Part shown: one piece after another, positions 1 through 11,111 of the stretch
How the letters are laid out: each line of letters begins with the position of its first letter
Numbering within the stretch: the stretch's first letter is position 1
NCBI GenBank assembly: GCA_905182195.1
Contig: CAJJAW010000001.1
Span: 192,254 to 256,253, forward strand
Reading direction: 5' to 3'
Length of the DNA stretch: 64,000 nucleotides
Source: Alphaproteobacteria bacterium UBA4588
GTDB taxonomy: Bacteria > Pseudomonadota > Alphaproteobacteria > Rhodobacterales > Rhodobacteraceae
The notes under the pieces: model-generated
The model's database searches: none
Told to the model about the DNA's origin: nothing
What the model saw: only the letters and a program-made list of their open reading frames with translations
Position numbers and translations under genes: made by a program

Positions 1-95
1 AGAAGATTGCTCAGTTTTTAGGAGACACTGAAGAGACAGTGCGTAAAAACTACATTCACTTGACCCCAGATTACTTGGAAGATGTCGTTGATTAA
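1..95 (+). CDS. tyrosine recombinase (phage-type integrase), C-terminal fragment; the gene starts left of the window
   Basis: Frame 3 (3..95) reads KIAQFLGDTEETVRKNYIHLTPDYLEDVVD-stop. LG-x9-Y-x-HL resembles the C-terminal catalytic-Tyr motif of integrases. It lies about 200 bp from the 3' end of tRNA-Pro. Confidence 0.5.
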   Translation, partial: KIAQFLGDTEETVRKNYIHLTPDYLEDVVD

Positions 96-291
96 TTCCA
101 GTATAGCGGAAAAAGACCTGATTTTCGCTCTTTTATGCTTGTAGAACTTATGTCCTACACAGCACAAAAAAGCTCAAAAAACACAATTTGCGCTGTTGTT
201 GACATTGGTCATATAAGCACTATAATTGTTGGTCATAACCTATATCAGTCTTATAAACTCGACCCTAATATTATAAAAAGTAGTTCGTATT

Positions 292-368
292 TGGTCGGGC
301 TAGCAGGACTCGAACCTGCGACCTTCCGTCCCCCAGACGGACGCGCTACCAGGCTGCGCCATAGCCCG
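292..368 (-). tRNA. tRNA-Pro (anticodon GGG)
   Basis: The reverse complement CGGGCTATGGCGCAGCCTGGTAGCGCGTCCGTCTGGGGGACGGAAGGTCGCAGGTTCGAGTCCTGCTAGCCCGACCA folds as a cloverleaf. It has a 7-bp acceptor, a GCGC/GCGC D stem, a TCCGT/ACGGA anticodon stem with loop CTGGGGG, a GCAGG/CCTGC T stem with TTCGAGT loop, and an encoded CCA. Confidence 0.93.
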
Positions 369-430
369 AACAAAAAACGGTATACCAATCCCGCGGCCGG
401 GAGCAAGTGTATTCCGTGTCTGTTATTCAC

Positions 431-1150
431 TTATGCGCTCAACTTTTTCTGTAGTTGCTGCATTTGAATTATAATATGTGTACTTGCTTGTGCTACTTGT
501 CGTTTCTTTAAAATTGATAATTTTAAGATTGACGTAACTGGACCTGTCTGGCCCACAAATGTTGCTAAACTCGGATCCTTTTTGTGCGGATTTTCGTCAA
601 AAGTGAGCGGTGGAGCTGGTTCTGCTAAGTTGGTAGTTGCCGAGGGTAGGGCCTTAACTCGTGTAGTAATAGCTTTTATGGGCACTAGTTCCAATTCTAG
701 CTCAGGAAATAATAAGGGTTGGTCTTTATGCTTCAAGTACTCACTTTGAAAATCTGATTTGCTCTGCCCTAGCTCGTTCGTATAAAGGTCATTTAAAAAT
801 TTTATAGGTTTAGCTGAGTTAGAAACCTCAATTTTTGGCTGACGTTTTTTGGAAATATTGGATGCTTCTGGTATATCAGTTTCAGGTGAAAAACTTTGAA
901 CATGTGCAGTGCCTTCATCTTGCAACAGTCTTTGTAAGGCTTTGATAGTCATCCCTTGTTCATGTAGTAGGAATTTAATACCACCAAGTAATGTCATATC
1001 AGTTTGTCTATAGTATCTACGGCCGCCGGTGCGTTGAACTGGAGAAACCGCTCGGAATTTACTTTCCCAAAATCGAAGTACATGGGGTTGGGTTCCAAGC
1101 CATGAGGCCACTTCGCCTATGGTTCTGAAAGCGTCTGGCGATTTAGCCAC
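431..1150 (-). CDS. MerR family transcriptional regulator
   Basis: N-terminal [28 protein letters not shown]...GGRRYY is typical of MerR regulators. It lies directly downstream of ihfA, as in many alphaproteobacteria. The C-terminal half is low complexity. Confidence 0.8.
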   Translation of the reverse strand: MAKSPDAFRTIGEVASWLGTQPHVLRFWESKFRAVSPVQRTGGRRYYRQTDMTLLGGIKFLLHEQGMTIKALQRLLQDEGTAHVQSFSPETDIPEASNISKKRQPKIEVSNSAKPIKFLNDLYTNELGQSKSDFQSEYLKHKDQPLLFPELELELVPIKAITTRVKALPSATTNLAEPAPPLTFDENPHKKDPSLATFVGQTGPVTSILKLSILKKRQVAQASTHIIIQMQQLQKKLSA

Positions 1151-1155
1151 AATGG

Positions 1156-1458
1156 TTAACCCTTGTTAGCTTTGGCTACGCGGTCTTTCATCAAATGTGA
1201 TGGACGAAATGTCAAAACACGTCGCGGTTCTATTGGCGCTTCTACACCAGTTTTTGGATTTCGACCAACACGTGCAGTTTTGTCACGAAGGCCAAATGTT
1301 CCAAATGATGATATTTTTACATTGTTGCCGGCAACCAATGCGTCAGACATATGAGTTAAGACCGACTCGACCAAGTCTGATGATTCGTTGCGTGACAGAC
1401 CTACTTCGCGAAATACGGCTTCGCTTAAATCCATGCGGGTAAGTGTTGTAGATGCCAT
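1156..1458 (-). CDS. ihfA: integration host factor subunit alpha
   Basis: [26 protein letters not shown]...[23 protein letters not shown] is an HU/IHF fold of 100 aa. The ATG at 1458 is preceded by AAGGAG. The longer track ORF (to 1578) overlaps fabH and is not used. Confidence 0.9.
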   Translation of the reverse strand: MASTTLTRMDLSEAVFREVGLSRNESSDLVESVLTHMSDALVAGNNVKISSFGTFGLRDKTARVGRNPKTGVEAPIEPRRVLTFRPSHLMKDRVAKANKG

Positions 1459-1534
1459 TTTTTTCTCCTTCATGTTTATAATAGATAAAATATGTGGTGA
1501 TGCTTGGCAACAAAAACTAAGCTCCTTGGTCAGT

Positions 1535-2497
1535 TTACCAGCGAATAACTGCTGTTCCCCATGCCAAGCCACCTCCAATAGCCCCAGTAACCACTACATC
1601 GCCTGTTTTGATAAGTTTATTTTGGACGCCAACAGCCATGGCTAGTGGAATTGATGCTGCAGAAGTATTGCCATGATTATTTACGGTCATAACGACCTTG
1701 TCCATTGGTATTCTTAATCGCTTTGACAAACCTTCAAGAATTCGCTTGTTGGCTTGATGTGGTACGATCCAGTCCACATCTTCAGTAGTGAGGCCTGCTT
1801 TTTCAAGTGTTTCAAGTGCAATGGCTGACAGTTTTTCAACAGCGTGGCGAAAGACTTCCTTGCCCTGCATGCGCAAATATCCAGTGGTTTGCAAAGAAAT
1901 ACCACCATCAACGTAGAGGATATCTTTGTAGCGGCCGTCAGAACGTAGTGCTGTAGCCAAAATACCCCTATCAGAGCTTTCATCGTGTTGGGCTGAAATC
2001 AACATTGCGCCAGCGCCATCACCAAATAACACGCAGGTTCCGCGATCAGTCCAATCCATAAGTTTGGAAAATGTTTCTGCACCAATAACCAGTATTCGAT
2101 TGGCCTGTCCGCTAGCAATCATTGAGTTAGCGGTTGTTAGAGCGTATAAAAAGCCTGCACATACTGCTTGTACGTCAAATGCAAAACCATGTCGCATACC
2201 AAGGCCATTTTGAACCATGGTGGCGGCGGACGGAAATGTAAGGTCTGCGGTGGATGTAGCCAAAATGATGGCATCTACATCATCCACAGTACAGTTTGCG
2301 TTGGCCAAAGCTGCCTGTGCGGCCTTGATACCCATATCTGATGTGGTTTCATTTTCAGCGGCGAAGTGGCGGCGCTCTATTCCCGTTCGGCTGCGTATCC
2401 AAGAATCGTTAGTTTCTAGCGTTGCTTCAAACTCACTGTTTTCCACTATTCGGTTAGGTAAATAATGACCAATGGACTCTACAACCGCTCTCCGCAT
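1535..2497 (-). CDS. fabH: 3-oxoacyl-ACP synthase III
   Basis: 320 aa with [14 protein letters not shown] (active-site Cys), HQAN and [13 protein letters not shown] motifs. Conserved plsX-fabH pairing. Confidence 0.93.
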   Translation of the reverse strand: MRRAVVESIGHYLPNRIVENSEFEATLETNDSWIRSRTGIERRHFAAENETTSDMGIKAAQAALANANCTVDDVDAIILATSTADLTFPSAATMVQNGLGMRHGFAFDVQAVCAGFLYALTTANSMIASGQANRILVIGAETFSKLMDWTDRGTCVLFGDGAGAMLISAQHDESSDRGILATALRSDGRYKDILYVDGGISLQTTGYLRMQGKEVFRHAVEKLSAIALETLEKAGLTTEDVDWIVPHQANKRILEGLSKRLRIPMDKVVMTVNNHGNTSAASIPLAMAVGVQNKLIKTGDVVVTGAIGGGLAWGTAVIRW

Positions 2498-2499
2498 TG

Positions 2500-3570
2500 T
2501 TAGTTCCTGTCTTCTTTTATGGACCCGTTTGCTGAAGCTACACGAGCTGCTAGTTTGGTGCTGAATTTTGCCTCGCCCAGACGATAGGCTAGCCCAATTG
2601 CCGCTGCAACTCCTGTCGCATCAGCTGCACCATGTGATTTTACCACTGTGCCATTGAGACCCAAAAACACACCACCATTAACCGCCCGCGGGTCAGTGTG
2701 TCTCTTTAACCTTCGAAGAGGTCCATAGGCGAAGAATGCAGACAACTTTGACAACAAGCTATAATTGAAAGCTTGGCGCAGCGAGCGTCCGATAAAGCCC
2801 GCTGTGCCTTCAGCTGTTTTTAGGGCAATATTGCCGGTAAATCCGTCGGTTACGATTACGTCTACCTTCGCCGTAGGGATGTCGCTCCCTTCGACAAAGC
2901 CAACAAATTCAAAGTTCCCAGTTTCTGCGGTATCCATTATTAAATCATAAGCCAATTTCAATTCAGTACGACCCTTATGCTCTTCAGTGCCTACATTGAG
3001 AAGGCCTACGCGTGGGCGGTCTACTCCAAAACCATTTCTGGCGTATGAGGCGCCCATAAGCGCAAATTGCAAAAGATCGTTTTCGTCAGCGCGAATATCA
3101 GCACCCACGTCTAGCATTACATTGAACCGATTAACCCCAAATGATGGCCATAAAATTGCAATCGCTGGACGGTTAATACCAGGCAATTTGCGCAGCCGCA
3201 CCATTGAAATAGCCATTAAGGCCCCGGTATTACCACATGATACACAGGAACCGGCTTCCTTTTGCTTTACGGATGTAATGGCTGACCACATCGAGGTACC
3301 CTTGCCGTGGCGCATGACCTGGCTTGGTTTATCATCCATTGATACGGCGCTATCTGCGTGTACTATTGTACAGAATTTTGATAATTGATGTTTTTCAATC
3401 AAGGGAGCAAGCTTATCCTCAGGCCCGTGAACCAGAAACTCAATATTGGAGTGTTGTTTAGTGGAAAGCAAAAGCCCAGCTATAATTGTACTGGGCCCAT
3501 GATCTCCACCCATCGCATCTACAGACACAATAGTATTATTTTTTACTGTTAGGTGGGAGTGTTCAGTCAT
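2500..3570 (-). CDS. plsX: phosphate acyltransferase PlsX
   Basis: VSVDAMGGDHGP near the N-terminus and a GFTGNIALKTAEG motif. Start taken at MTEHS (ATG 3570), downstream of the rpmF stop at 3602. Confidence 0.92.
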   Translation of the reverse strand: MTEHSHLTVKNNTIVSVDAMGGDHGPSTIIAGLLLSTKQHSNIEFLVHGPEDKLAPLIEKHQLSKFCTIVHADSAVSMDDKPSQVMRHGKGTSMWSAITSVKQKEAGSCVSCGNTGALMAISMVRLRKLPGINRPAIAILWPSFGVNRFNVMLDVGADIRADENDLLQFALMGASYARNGFGVDRPRVGLLNVGTEEHKGRTELKLAYDLIMDTAETGNFEFVGFVEGSDIPTAKVDVIVTDGFTGNIALKTAEGTAGFIGRSLRQAFNYSLLSKLSAFFAYGPLRRLKRHTDPRAVNGGVFLGLNGTVVKSHGAADATGVAAAIGLAYRLGEAKFSTKLAARVASANGSIKEDRN

Positions 3571-3601
3571 ACTGAAGTGTAGTCCCTTCGAGTACGGACG
3601 T

Positions 3602-3808
3602 CTACGCCGCGTCTTCGTCGAGATCAACTTCCTCAGTCATGCCGATAACTTCGCGATCATCGTAATGGCCACATGATGCGCAAACATGGTGTGGACGTTT
3701 CAATTCGCCACAGTTTGTACACTCATTCGGGTTTGCCGCAACCAGAGCGTCATGTGAACGCCGCATGCCACGACGGCTCCGCGTAATTTTACTTTTTGGG
3801 ACAGCCAT
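3602..3808 (-). CDS. rpmF: 50S ribosomal protein L32
   Basis: [22 protein letters not shown] plus a CxxC...CxxC zinc ribbon (CTNCGE...CASCG). Confidence 0.95.
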   Translation of the reverse strand: MAVPKSKITRSRRGMRRSHDALVAANPNECTNCGELKRPHHVCASCGHYDDREVIGMTEEVDLDEDAA

Positions 3809-4015
3809 GTCACAACCTCGAACTGCGGGCGCGGGCGCCCAGTTAATACTGAATTTGCCTCACTTGAGCAACATTGAAGCACAGAGACTAGCCCGGCACC
3901 ACAAGAAGCGACTGAATACTCGGATTATACAATATTTCAAGCCCCAAATGGTCAGTAGTCATATATTTATTCATTTTTGTTTAAAAACCTAAAAACTCTC
4001 GCGTAAGGCATAGGT

Positions 4016-4558
4016 CTATTCTATTTTTTTCTTTAATTCCGCCAAAACTGCAAAAGGTTTTGCGGAGTCATCAGTTAAGGAAGCGATTCCTGGCGGCCCA
4101 TATTCTGAGGTTACGGCCACAACATTTTCAGTCCGAGGGTAATCTGGAACCTCTAGTGAAAGTGCCTCACAAAATACACGCAAAATATCAATTACTTGAT
4201 GAAGTGGTTCATCGTTATCATCATAGTTGGTTTTACTATCGAGGACAGTGTCTGACAGTTGTAACTTTGATTTGCGAAAATTGCGGACAACCGGTACGTC
4301 AATTCGTGTGCGGACGGGTACCAAAGTCAGGCTACACGGCTGCTCAACTGACGCGCCCAGTATACCTGAAAGCACCCAATCACCCTTTTCAAGGGGTAAG
4401 ATGGTACCTGAAAACTTGGCTTTTCGTAGTGCTATTAGGTCGAGTTGCTGAACAACACTCGAAATGATCACTTCGGAAAAATCTAGATCAAAGTTTATGC
4501 CTCGCGTTTGCACCAAGTGCCGCAACTCAAGATTCGGCTCAACATGTTCTGACGGCAT
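4016..4558 (-). CDS. YceD/DUF177 family protein
   Basis: About 180-aa acidic protein immediately upstream of rpmF-plsX, the conserved position of DUF177. Start chosen at MPSEH (ATG 4558) to avoid overlapping bamE. The start is uncertain. Confidence 0.7.
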   Translation of the reverse strand: MPSEHVEPNLELRHLVQTRGINFDLDFSEVIISSVVQQLDLIALRKAKFSGTILPLEKGDWVLSGILGASVEQPCSLTLVPVRTRIDVPVVRNFRKSKLQLSDTVLDSKTNYDDNDEPLHQVIDILRVFCEALSLEVPDYPRTENVVAVTSEYGPPGIASLTDDSAKPFAVLAELKKKIE

Positions 4559-4646
4559 CTTAGCTCCATTCTTGAATATAATTTCAGGTGTATATATGGT
4601 TCTTCTAATTCGCTTAAGCGAGTCTCGCAAGGCAGCAGGTACCCGC

Positions 4647-5099
4647 ATGTTAAATAGAACTAAAATCGTAATGTGGTGTTTAATGGTTAGCGTAGTGGGA
4701 GCGTGCACCACTGTTTATCGTAACCATGGCTACGCACCCAGCGATGAATCACTTGCTAAAATTGTAAGCGGTATAGATACACGGTTCTCCGTTTTAGAGA
4801 CGTTGGGCTCCCCTACCATCGGTGGCTTAGGCGAAGGTAACAGCGTATATTTTATTTCAAGCAGATGGGGCCACTACGGCGTTAATACGCCAAAACCCAT
4901 TTCGCGTGAAATAGTAGCCATTAAATTCGACGCTTCTGATATAGTAGAAAATGTCAGCCGTTATCAGTTGGCAGATGGTAAGGTAGTTGTACTATCCCGT
5001 CGTGTTACCGAAGGTGGGGCTACAGAAGTTTCTTTTATCCGTCAACTCATGGGTAACTTTGGCCGGTTAGACACACGTGATATCCTTGGTGCGCCTTAA
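4647..5099 (+). CDS. bamE: outer membrane protein assembly factor BamE (SmpA/OmlA lipoprotein)
   Basis: Lipoprotein signal MLNRTKIVMWCLMVSVVGAC, then GYAPSDESLAKIVSGIDTRFSVLETLGSP, which is typical of alphaproteobacterial BamE. Divergent from DUF177. Confidence 0.75.
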   Translation: MLNRTKIVMWCLMVSVVGACTTVYRNHGYAPSDESLAKIVSGIDTRFSVLETLGSPTIGGLGEGNSVYFISSRWGHYGVNTPKPISREIVAIKFDASDIVENVSRYQLADGKVVVLSRRVTEGGATEVSFIRQLMGNFGRLDTRDILGAP

Positions 5100-5498
5100 T
5101 TAATTATCCTGTTCAGGATGAAAATTCATTGCTACGCCGTTCATGCAATAACGGAGGCCCGTTGGGGCGGGACCATCTGGAAACACATGTCCTAAATGCG
5201 CCTCACAAGTTTGGCAATGAACTTCTGTGCGGGTTGAAAACCAACTTTTGTCCTCGCTTTCGCCAACTTTTGCGCCCTGGGCTGTCTTGGTGAACGAGGG
5301 CCAACCCGTTCCACTATCAAACTTATCTGCTTGAGAAAATAGATGTGCGCCACAGCATACGCAGGTGAAATACCCAGCTTGCTGGGGGAAATCATCATGG
5401 CTGAATGCCCGCTCAGTCCCATGCTTTCGAGTTACTTTATAGGCTAGGGGAGATAAAATTGTTTGCCATTCCTGATCAGTTTTCTCAATTTTAGACAT
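5100..5498 (-). CDS. msrB: peptide-methionine (R)-S-oxide reductase
   Basis: SelR domain with CVCCG...GWPSF...CxxCxxHLGHVFPDGP. Confidence 0.93.
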   Translation of the reverse strand: MSKIEKTDQEWQTILSPLAYKVTRKHGTERAFSHDDFPQQAGYFTCVCCGAHLFSQADKFDSGTGWPSFTKTAQGAKVGESEDKSWFSTRTEVHCQTCEAHLGHVFPDGPAPTGLRYCMNGVAMNFHPEQDN

Positions 5499-5712
5499 AC
5501 TAACTCCATTTTTTATTCAGAACATTGATGACCTCGACATAGTGCATAAAAAATTTTTTCCTAGATTGTTCACTAACTAATATATTCATACTCAATCGTT
5601 GATTGGGCGTTGAATGGCAACGCGGTGGGCTGAGTTCTCCAAAATAGCCCAGAGCGTCTACTGAGCTGACACTGCGTCTTGACGTCACGAACACAACCGC
5701 CTAGCTGACCGC

Positions 5713-7521
5713 ATGGCACGCGCACCCCTGATACAACTCTCCAATATATCTCTGACCTTTGGTGGTAATCCGGTATTCTCAGACTTAGGCTTCGTCGTTC
5801 AGACGGGAGATCGACTCTCGTTAGTTGGACGAAACGGTTCTGGTAAGTCAACCTTAATGAAAGTCATGGCTGGCTTGGTTGAGGCTGACAAAGGCAATCG
5901 CGTAATCCCTCCTGGCGTCAGTGTGGGTTATATGGAGCAAGATCCGGACCTGTCGTCTTTTGAAACATTGGGTGATTTTGCTTTGTCAGGTCTGGATATG
6001 GCGGAACATTATAAAGTTGAAATTGCGGCTGAAGGTCTGAAATTTAATCCTGACCGCCCAGTGAAAACTGCATCCGGTGGTGAGCGTCGTAGAGCTGCTT
6101 TGGCGAAGTTAATGGCAGAAAGCCCAGAGCTCATGCTTTTGGATGAGCCAACTAACCACCTTGATATAGAAGCAATTTCTTGGTTAGAAACTACACTGCG
6201 CGAAAGCCGCAATAGTTTTGTTGTGATTTCTCATGACCGCGCGTTCTTAACAGCTTTAACCCGGGCAACCTTGTGGATAGACAGGGGCGCAGTTCGGCGA
6301 TTGGAGCAGGGTTTTGGTGGCTTTGAGGCTTGGCGCGATAAGATTTGGGAAGAGGAAGATGACCAGCGCCATAAGCTAAACCGTAAGATTAAAGCTGAGT
6401 CTCGTTGGGCGGTAGAAGGTATTTCAGCCCGTCGCAAACGCAATCAAGGGAGGGTCAGAGCCCTCGGTGAGTTGCGAGCAGAACGAGCATCGCAAATTAA
6501 GCGCCAGTCCACTGCCGCGATGGCATTTGATTCTGGAGAAAAATCTGGAGCGAAGGTGATTGAAGCCAAAAACTTGGATCTTGCCTTTGGAAGTTTGAAC
6601 ATTCTTATAAACTTTTCAATTACCATTCAGCGTAAGGACCGAGTAGCTATTGTAGGGCCAAATGGGGTTGGAAAAACCACACTAATTAAAACGCTTTTGG
6701 GTGAGCAAGCCCCCGATAGAGGAACCGTTAAACTTGGAACTAACCTGCAAATTGCTGTGTTTGATCAAGGGCGAAGCAAACTGGATCCCAACCTTAGTCT
6801 TTGGGAAGCTTTGACCAGTGATCCGACGATGGCTGTATCTGGGAGTTCAGATCAAATCATGGTGCGTGGTACGCCCAAGCATGTTGTAGGATATCTTAAA
6901 GAATTCCTTTTTGCCGATGAGCAAATGCGGGCGCCAGTTAGATCTCTGTCTGGTGGAGAAAAAGCGAGATTATTGTTAGCTCGTTTAATGGCGCAAGAAA
7001 GTAACCTTCTGATTATGGACGAGCCCACCAATGATCTAGATATAGAGACTTTGGATTTGCTACAAGATGTCTTGGGCGAATATGATGGCACGGTCCTGTT
7101 GGTAAGCCACGATCGAGACTTCCTAGATCGCGTAGCTACAAGCACTATTGCGTTGGAAGAGGGTGGTAAGGCTACAGTTTATGCGGGTGGTTGGACTGAT
7201 TACCAATCTCAAAAACCAAATTTAAAACAGGCCAAAACTGATAATCAGACTAGTAAAAAAAAGGTGGCAAAAGTTAAAGCTGATGTAGATATACCGTATA
7301 TTTCATTCAGCGAAAAGTATCGTTTGGATGCATTGCCAAGTGAAATTGAACGTTTGGAGGGTGAAATTGCCAAGTTAGAAGAATTTTTGGGTCAACCAAA
7401 CATGTTTACTGAACACCCTATCAAGTTTCAAAAAGCCACCGATGTTTTACTTGATCGCCAGGCTTCCCTGACCGCAGTAGAAGCGGAGTGGATCGAATTG
7501 GAAGAAAAGGTAAGCGGCTAA
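5713..7521 (+). CDS. ABC-F family ATPase (Uup-like)
   Basis: Two ABC cassettes (GRNGSGKST and GPNGVGKTT Walker A; LSGGERRR / LSGGEKAR signatures), no TM domain, coiled-coil C-terminus. Confidence 0.9.
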   Translation: MARAPLIQLSNISLTFGGNPVFSDLGFVVQTGDRLSLVGRNGSGKSTLMKVMAGLVEADKGNRVIPPGVSVGYMEQDPDLSSFETLGDFALSGLDMAEHYKVEIAAEGLKFNPDRPVKTASGGERRRAALAKLMAESPELMLLDEPTNHLDIEAISWLETTLRESRNSFVVISHDRAFLTALTRATLWIDRGAVRRLEQGFGGFEAWRDKIWEEEDDQRHKLNRKIKAESRWAVEGISARRKRNQGRVRALGELRAERASQIKRQSTAAMAFDSGEKSGAKVIEAKNLDLAFGSLNILINFSITIQRKDRVAIVGPNGVGKTTLIKTLLGEQAPDRGTVKLGTNLQIAVFDQGRSKLDPNLSLWEALTSDPTMAVSGSSDQIMVRGTPKHVVGYLKEFLFADEQMRAPVRSLSGGEKARLLLARLMAQESNLLIMDEPTNDLDIETLDLLQDVLGEYDGTVLLVSHDRDFLDRVATSTIALEEGGKATVYAGGWTDYQSQKPNLKQAKTDNQTSKKKVAKVKADVDIPYISFSEKYRLDALPSEIERLEGEIAKLEEFLGQPNMFTEHPIKFQKATDVLLDRQASLTAVEAEWIELEEKVSG

Positions 7522-7623
7522 GTACCACATTTGGATCTTTACGTAGCCTGATGATGTTGAAATTATTATTGCTTTATGCGGGCGGCTGGGAATTGAATGC
7601 CACTGAAGTAACCAGAAAAAAGT

Positions 7624-8802
7624 TTATGTTGTTTCAGCCTGCTCGGCTGCAAAGGCCAATAAAGATTCTAACGCTTGTTTGAATTGATCATCATTGACCG
7701 TCATCGCGACGCGTACATGGCCTGCCGCCGACTGTCCAAAGCTCTCCCCTGGCATTACTGCTATCTGTCTGGAATCCAATAAAACATGCGCAAAAACATC
7801 GCCGCTAAGGCCTGTCGCTCGTATGTCTAGCATCATATACATAGCGCCAGAGCATGGCACGGCGCGAACAACAGTTTGCCCAGCAATTAAATTCATGGCG
7901 ATGTCGCGTCGTCGCCGAAACGGTGCGGCCACCTTGAGTTCGTCTTCGTTGCCCTGGTTTAAGGCAAAATCTGCAGCGTCCTGAATATAACCTGGAACAC
8001 CATAGGTCGTATGGGTTGCTAGGTTGATAAGTTGTTCGATCACAGTCTCTGGACCACAAATCCAACCTACCCTGCTACCAGTCATAGCGTGGCTCTTGGA
8101 CATGGACCCAATCACTAATGTACGCTTTTCCATACCTTCGAGGCTACGCGGGCTAATATGGCAACCAGCCCAAACCTGCGTGTCATAAACTTCGTCTGAA
8201 ATCAGCCAAAGGTTGTGATTTTGGCATACCTTAGCGATGTCAGTCCATGTTGCCCGATCATAAACAACGCCAGTTGGATTGTTTGGTGAGTTCACCAGCA
8301 AGGATCGGGCGCCTTTAGCTGATGCATCAAGGTCCTCGTACGTTGGCTGAAAATCAAGTTCTGGTCTGCAATGTATCGGATGATCAATGCCGCCAGCAGC
8401 GCGTATAGTGCCTGGATAGGTTGCATAATAAGGATCACAATAAAGAGCTAAGTCACCTGGGTCGAGGACAGCCATGTGAGCTGCAAAAAGGGCGGATTGG
8501 CCTCCAGGCGTGATTAAAATATTAGACGCATTAGTTGGTACGCCGGTGCGGGTCTTAATGCGTTGGGCCACGGTTTTGCGCAGGGTGTCTGTTCCAGGGA
8601 CTGCAGCATAACCTGTGTGGCCCCCGCGCGCAGACTGCCCCATGGCCTCTAAAATATCACGATGAGTACCAATATCATGTTCACCGATAGTGAGTTCAAT
8701 TATAGGGCGTCCAGATTTTTTCAAATCTCGAGCCTTATAAAATACGTCCCAGCCATCTGACCCCCCGTTGGTCAGGGCGGTTATGCGGTTTGATAATTCC
8801 AT
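7624..8802 (-). CDS. pyridoxal-phosphate-dependent aminotransferase (class I/II)
   Basis: 392 aa with NSPNNPTG and SMSKSHAMTGSRVGW (PLP-lysine motif). Confidence 0.88.
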   Translation of the reverse strand: MELSNRITALTNGGSDGWDVFYKARDLKKSGRPIIELTIGEHDIGTHRDILEAMGQSARGGHTGYAAVPGTDTLRKTVAQRIKTRTGVPTNASNILITPGGQSALFAAHMAVLDPGDLALYCDPYYATYPGTIRAAGGIDHPIHCRPELDFQPTYEDLDASAKGARSLLVNSPNNPTGVVYDRATWTDIAKVCQNHNLWLISDEVYDTQVWAGCHISPRSLEGMEKRTLVIGSMSKSHAMTGSRVGWICGPETVIEQLINLATHTTYGVPGYIQDAADFALNQGNEDELKVAAPFRRRRDIAMNLIAGQTVVRAVPCSGAMYMMLDIRATGLSGDVFAHVLLDSRQIAVMPGESFGQSAAGHVRVAMTVNDDQFKQALESLLAFAAEQAETT

Positions 8803-9009
8803 AACATAGACTTGGACCTATTGAGATAGATTCGTCAAATTGGTTTTGAGCAATTGAAACGTGTGATTAGCCTAGGTATATGCTGAAAATAGGGCTGTAC
8901 TGTTGATAATATTAATTGATTGTACTGTGTAGGGGTAGGGGAACCAGCTCTATCCTTGTTAAATGAAGCCTTTTGATCTCGCTACTTCAGTAATTCCAGG
9001 ACATATCGT

Positions 9010-10374
9010 ATGCCCAATATTAAGCTCCACAATACAAAGTCCCGTCACAAAGAGGACTTTACGCCATTGGATTCGAAGAACGTCCGTATGTATGTTTGTG
9101 GGCCAACAGTTTATGATAGGGCGCATTTAGGAAATGCGCGGGCTGTAGTTGTGTTTGACACATTGTTTAGGCTGCTTCGGGAGTGTTATGGTGCTGATCA
9201 TGTAACCTATGCGCGTAACTTTACGGATATTGATGATAAAATTAATGCCCGGGCCGCAGCGACAGAGCGTGATATTTTTCAAATTACAGAGGAAACAATT
9301 GGCTGGTATTTGGCCGATATGGCTTCTTTGGTGGCCTTAGAACCCACTATTATGCCTCGTGCGACGGATTACATTGTTCAAATGATTGCTATTACTGAAA
9401 ATCTGATAGCCAGGGGCCATGCTTATGCCACCGAAGGGCATGTGCTGTTTGATGTGAATAGCTATTCAAATTATGGTGCGCTTTCAGGGCGCTCGATTGA
9501 TGACATGATTGCAGGGGCTCGAGTTGAAGTGGCCCCGTACAAGCGTGACCCAATGGATTTTGTCCTGTGGAAACCTTCTGATGCGCAAACTCCGGGATGG
9601 AAAAGTCCTTGGGGTCGTGGCAGGCCTGGCTGGCACATTGAGTGCTCAGCCATGGTGCATGAGCACTTTGGCGATAGTTTTGACATTCATGGTGGTGGTA
9701 ATGACCTGATGTTCCCGCATCATGAAAATGAAATTGCACAAAGTAGCTGTGCTCATCCAGAGGGATCTTTTGCCCAGTTTTGGCTGCATAATGAAATGCT
9801 TCAAGTTGAGGGCAAGAAAATGTCCAAGTCTATTGGAAACTTTTTTACTGTTCGAGACCTTTTGGATCAGAATATCCCCGGAGAAGTGATCCGCTTTGTG
9901 CTGCTTTCAACTCATTATGGCAAACCTATGGATTGGACACAAAAGAAAGCTGATGAGGCCGAAACAACACTTCGTAAATGGCATGAATTGGTCAAAAATG
10001 CGGTACCGGGAGCTTTAGACGCTTTTGTTTTGGACCATGTGTCTAATGACCTTAATACACCTGGTGCTTTGGCTCGCATGCATGAGCTTGCCAAAGCGGG
10101 TGCTGCCGATGCGCTTTTGTCGGCGGGCCAGTTTTTAGGGCTCCTGGGCCCTGATTTGGATTGGTGGCAGCCTAAAAAAGCCAATAGTGAAGCAACGGCG
10201 AGAATTAAAACGCTGTTGGAGGCCCGCCGTCAAGCCAAGGCTGATCGCGATTATGCAAAAGCCGACACCGTACGAGCGCAATTGGCTGCCGCGGGCATTG
10301 AGATAGTCGATAAGCCCGGCGGTTTGTCTGAGGCGGTAATTACTAATAGCTTTAATCCAGATTTACTTGGATGA
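9010..10374 (+). CDS. cysS: cysteine--tRNA ligase
   Basis: HLGNAR (HIGH-type) and KMSKS motifs, WHIECSAM zinc site. Confidence 0.95.
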   Translation: MPNIKLHNTKSRHKEDFTPLDSKNVRMYVCGPTVYDRAHLGNARAVVVFDTLFRLLRECYGADHVTYARNFTDIDDKINARAAATERDIFQITEETIGWYLADMASLVALEPTIMPRATDYIVQMIAITENLIARGHAYATEGHVLFDVNSYSNYGALSGRSIDDMIAGARVEVAPYKRDPMDFVLWKPSDAQTPGWKSPWGRGRPGWHIECSAMVHEHFGDSFDIHGGGNDLMFPHHENEIAQSSCAHPEGSFAQFWLHNEMLQVEGKKMSKSIGNFFTVRDLLDQNIPGEVIRFVLLSTHYGKPMDWTQKKADEAETTLRKWHELVKNAVPGALDAFVLDHVSNDLNTPGALARMHELAKAGAADALLSAGQFLGLLGPDLDWWQPKKANSEATARIKTLLEARRQAKADRDYAKADTVRAQLAAAGIEIVDKPGGLSEAVITNSFNPDLLG

Positions 10375-11111
10375 GTTTGCAAGCCTGTGCAAATTTGGTG
10401 GCTCGGGCAGATCCTGATCGCTTTGCTGCGGTCATGGCAGCCCCATTTGATGCACGCGCTGTATTGCTACCCATTTATGCGGCTGCAGCCGAAGTGGCTC
10501 GCGCTCCTTGGATGACCCAAGAGCCAGTGATTGCTGAAATGCGTCTGCAATGGTGGCGCGATGTGTTTGAGGAGATTGAGGAAGGCAAGGTTCGTAGGCA
10601 TGAGGTTGTTGATGCATTGGCTAAAATCCTCACACCCAAAGGAGCGCAGTCCCTAGACACAATGGTTTTGGCGCGCCGCTGGGACATTTACAAAGAAGGC
10701 TTTGACAGTCCAGAGGCTCTGTTAAGCCATGTGCGCGATATCACGATCGGCCCAATGCTGGCAGCACTTGATGGTTTGGGAGATTTAAGCGATGATCGAC
10801 AATCGCTTGAAGGGCATGCAACCCAGCTTGGTTTGGTAAGATTTTTACGCGGCATCCCGGCTTTAATTTCACTGAACGTACCAGTCTGGTCGTCTGATAG
10901 GAAAATTAATATATACAAAGACCTGTGCTACAAAGCTCATTCTATGGTTTGTTTGGAAATACAATCACCGGCCATGATTGAAAGCGCCAATTGCCAGCGT
11001 GTTTTACGCTTCGTGATGCGCAACCCTAAGGTGGTGGAAATAGGTGCTATACCTGATTTTGCACTATCAACCACTTTGGCTCGGGCTTGGCGGGCCTGGC
11101 GCAGCCGCTAG
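10371..11111 (+). CDS. squalene/phytoene synthase family protein (NDUFAF6-like)
   Basis: ADPDRF...[13 protein letters not shown]...[10 protein letters not shown] motif string is typical of this family. ATGA overlap with the cysS stop. Confidence 0.6.
   Translation: MSLQACANLVARADPDRFAAVMAAPFDARAVLLPIYAAAAEVARAPWMTQEPVIAEMRLQWWRDVFEEIEEGKVRRHEVVDALAKILTPKGAQSLDTMVLARRWDIYKEGFDSPEALLSHVRDITIGPMLAALDGLGDLSDDRQSLEGHATQLGLVRFLRGIPALISLNVPVWSSDRKINIYKDLCYKAHSMVCLEIQSPAMIESANCQRVLRFVMRNPKVVEIGAIPDFALSTTLARAWRAWRSR

Noticed and set aside
135-467. 110-aa ORF on the plus strand
   Set aside because: It runs straight through the antisense of tRNA-Pro (292-368) and the 3' end of the merR-like gene. Its sequence is low complexity with no recognisable motif, so it is treated as spurious.
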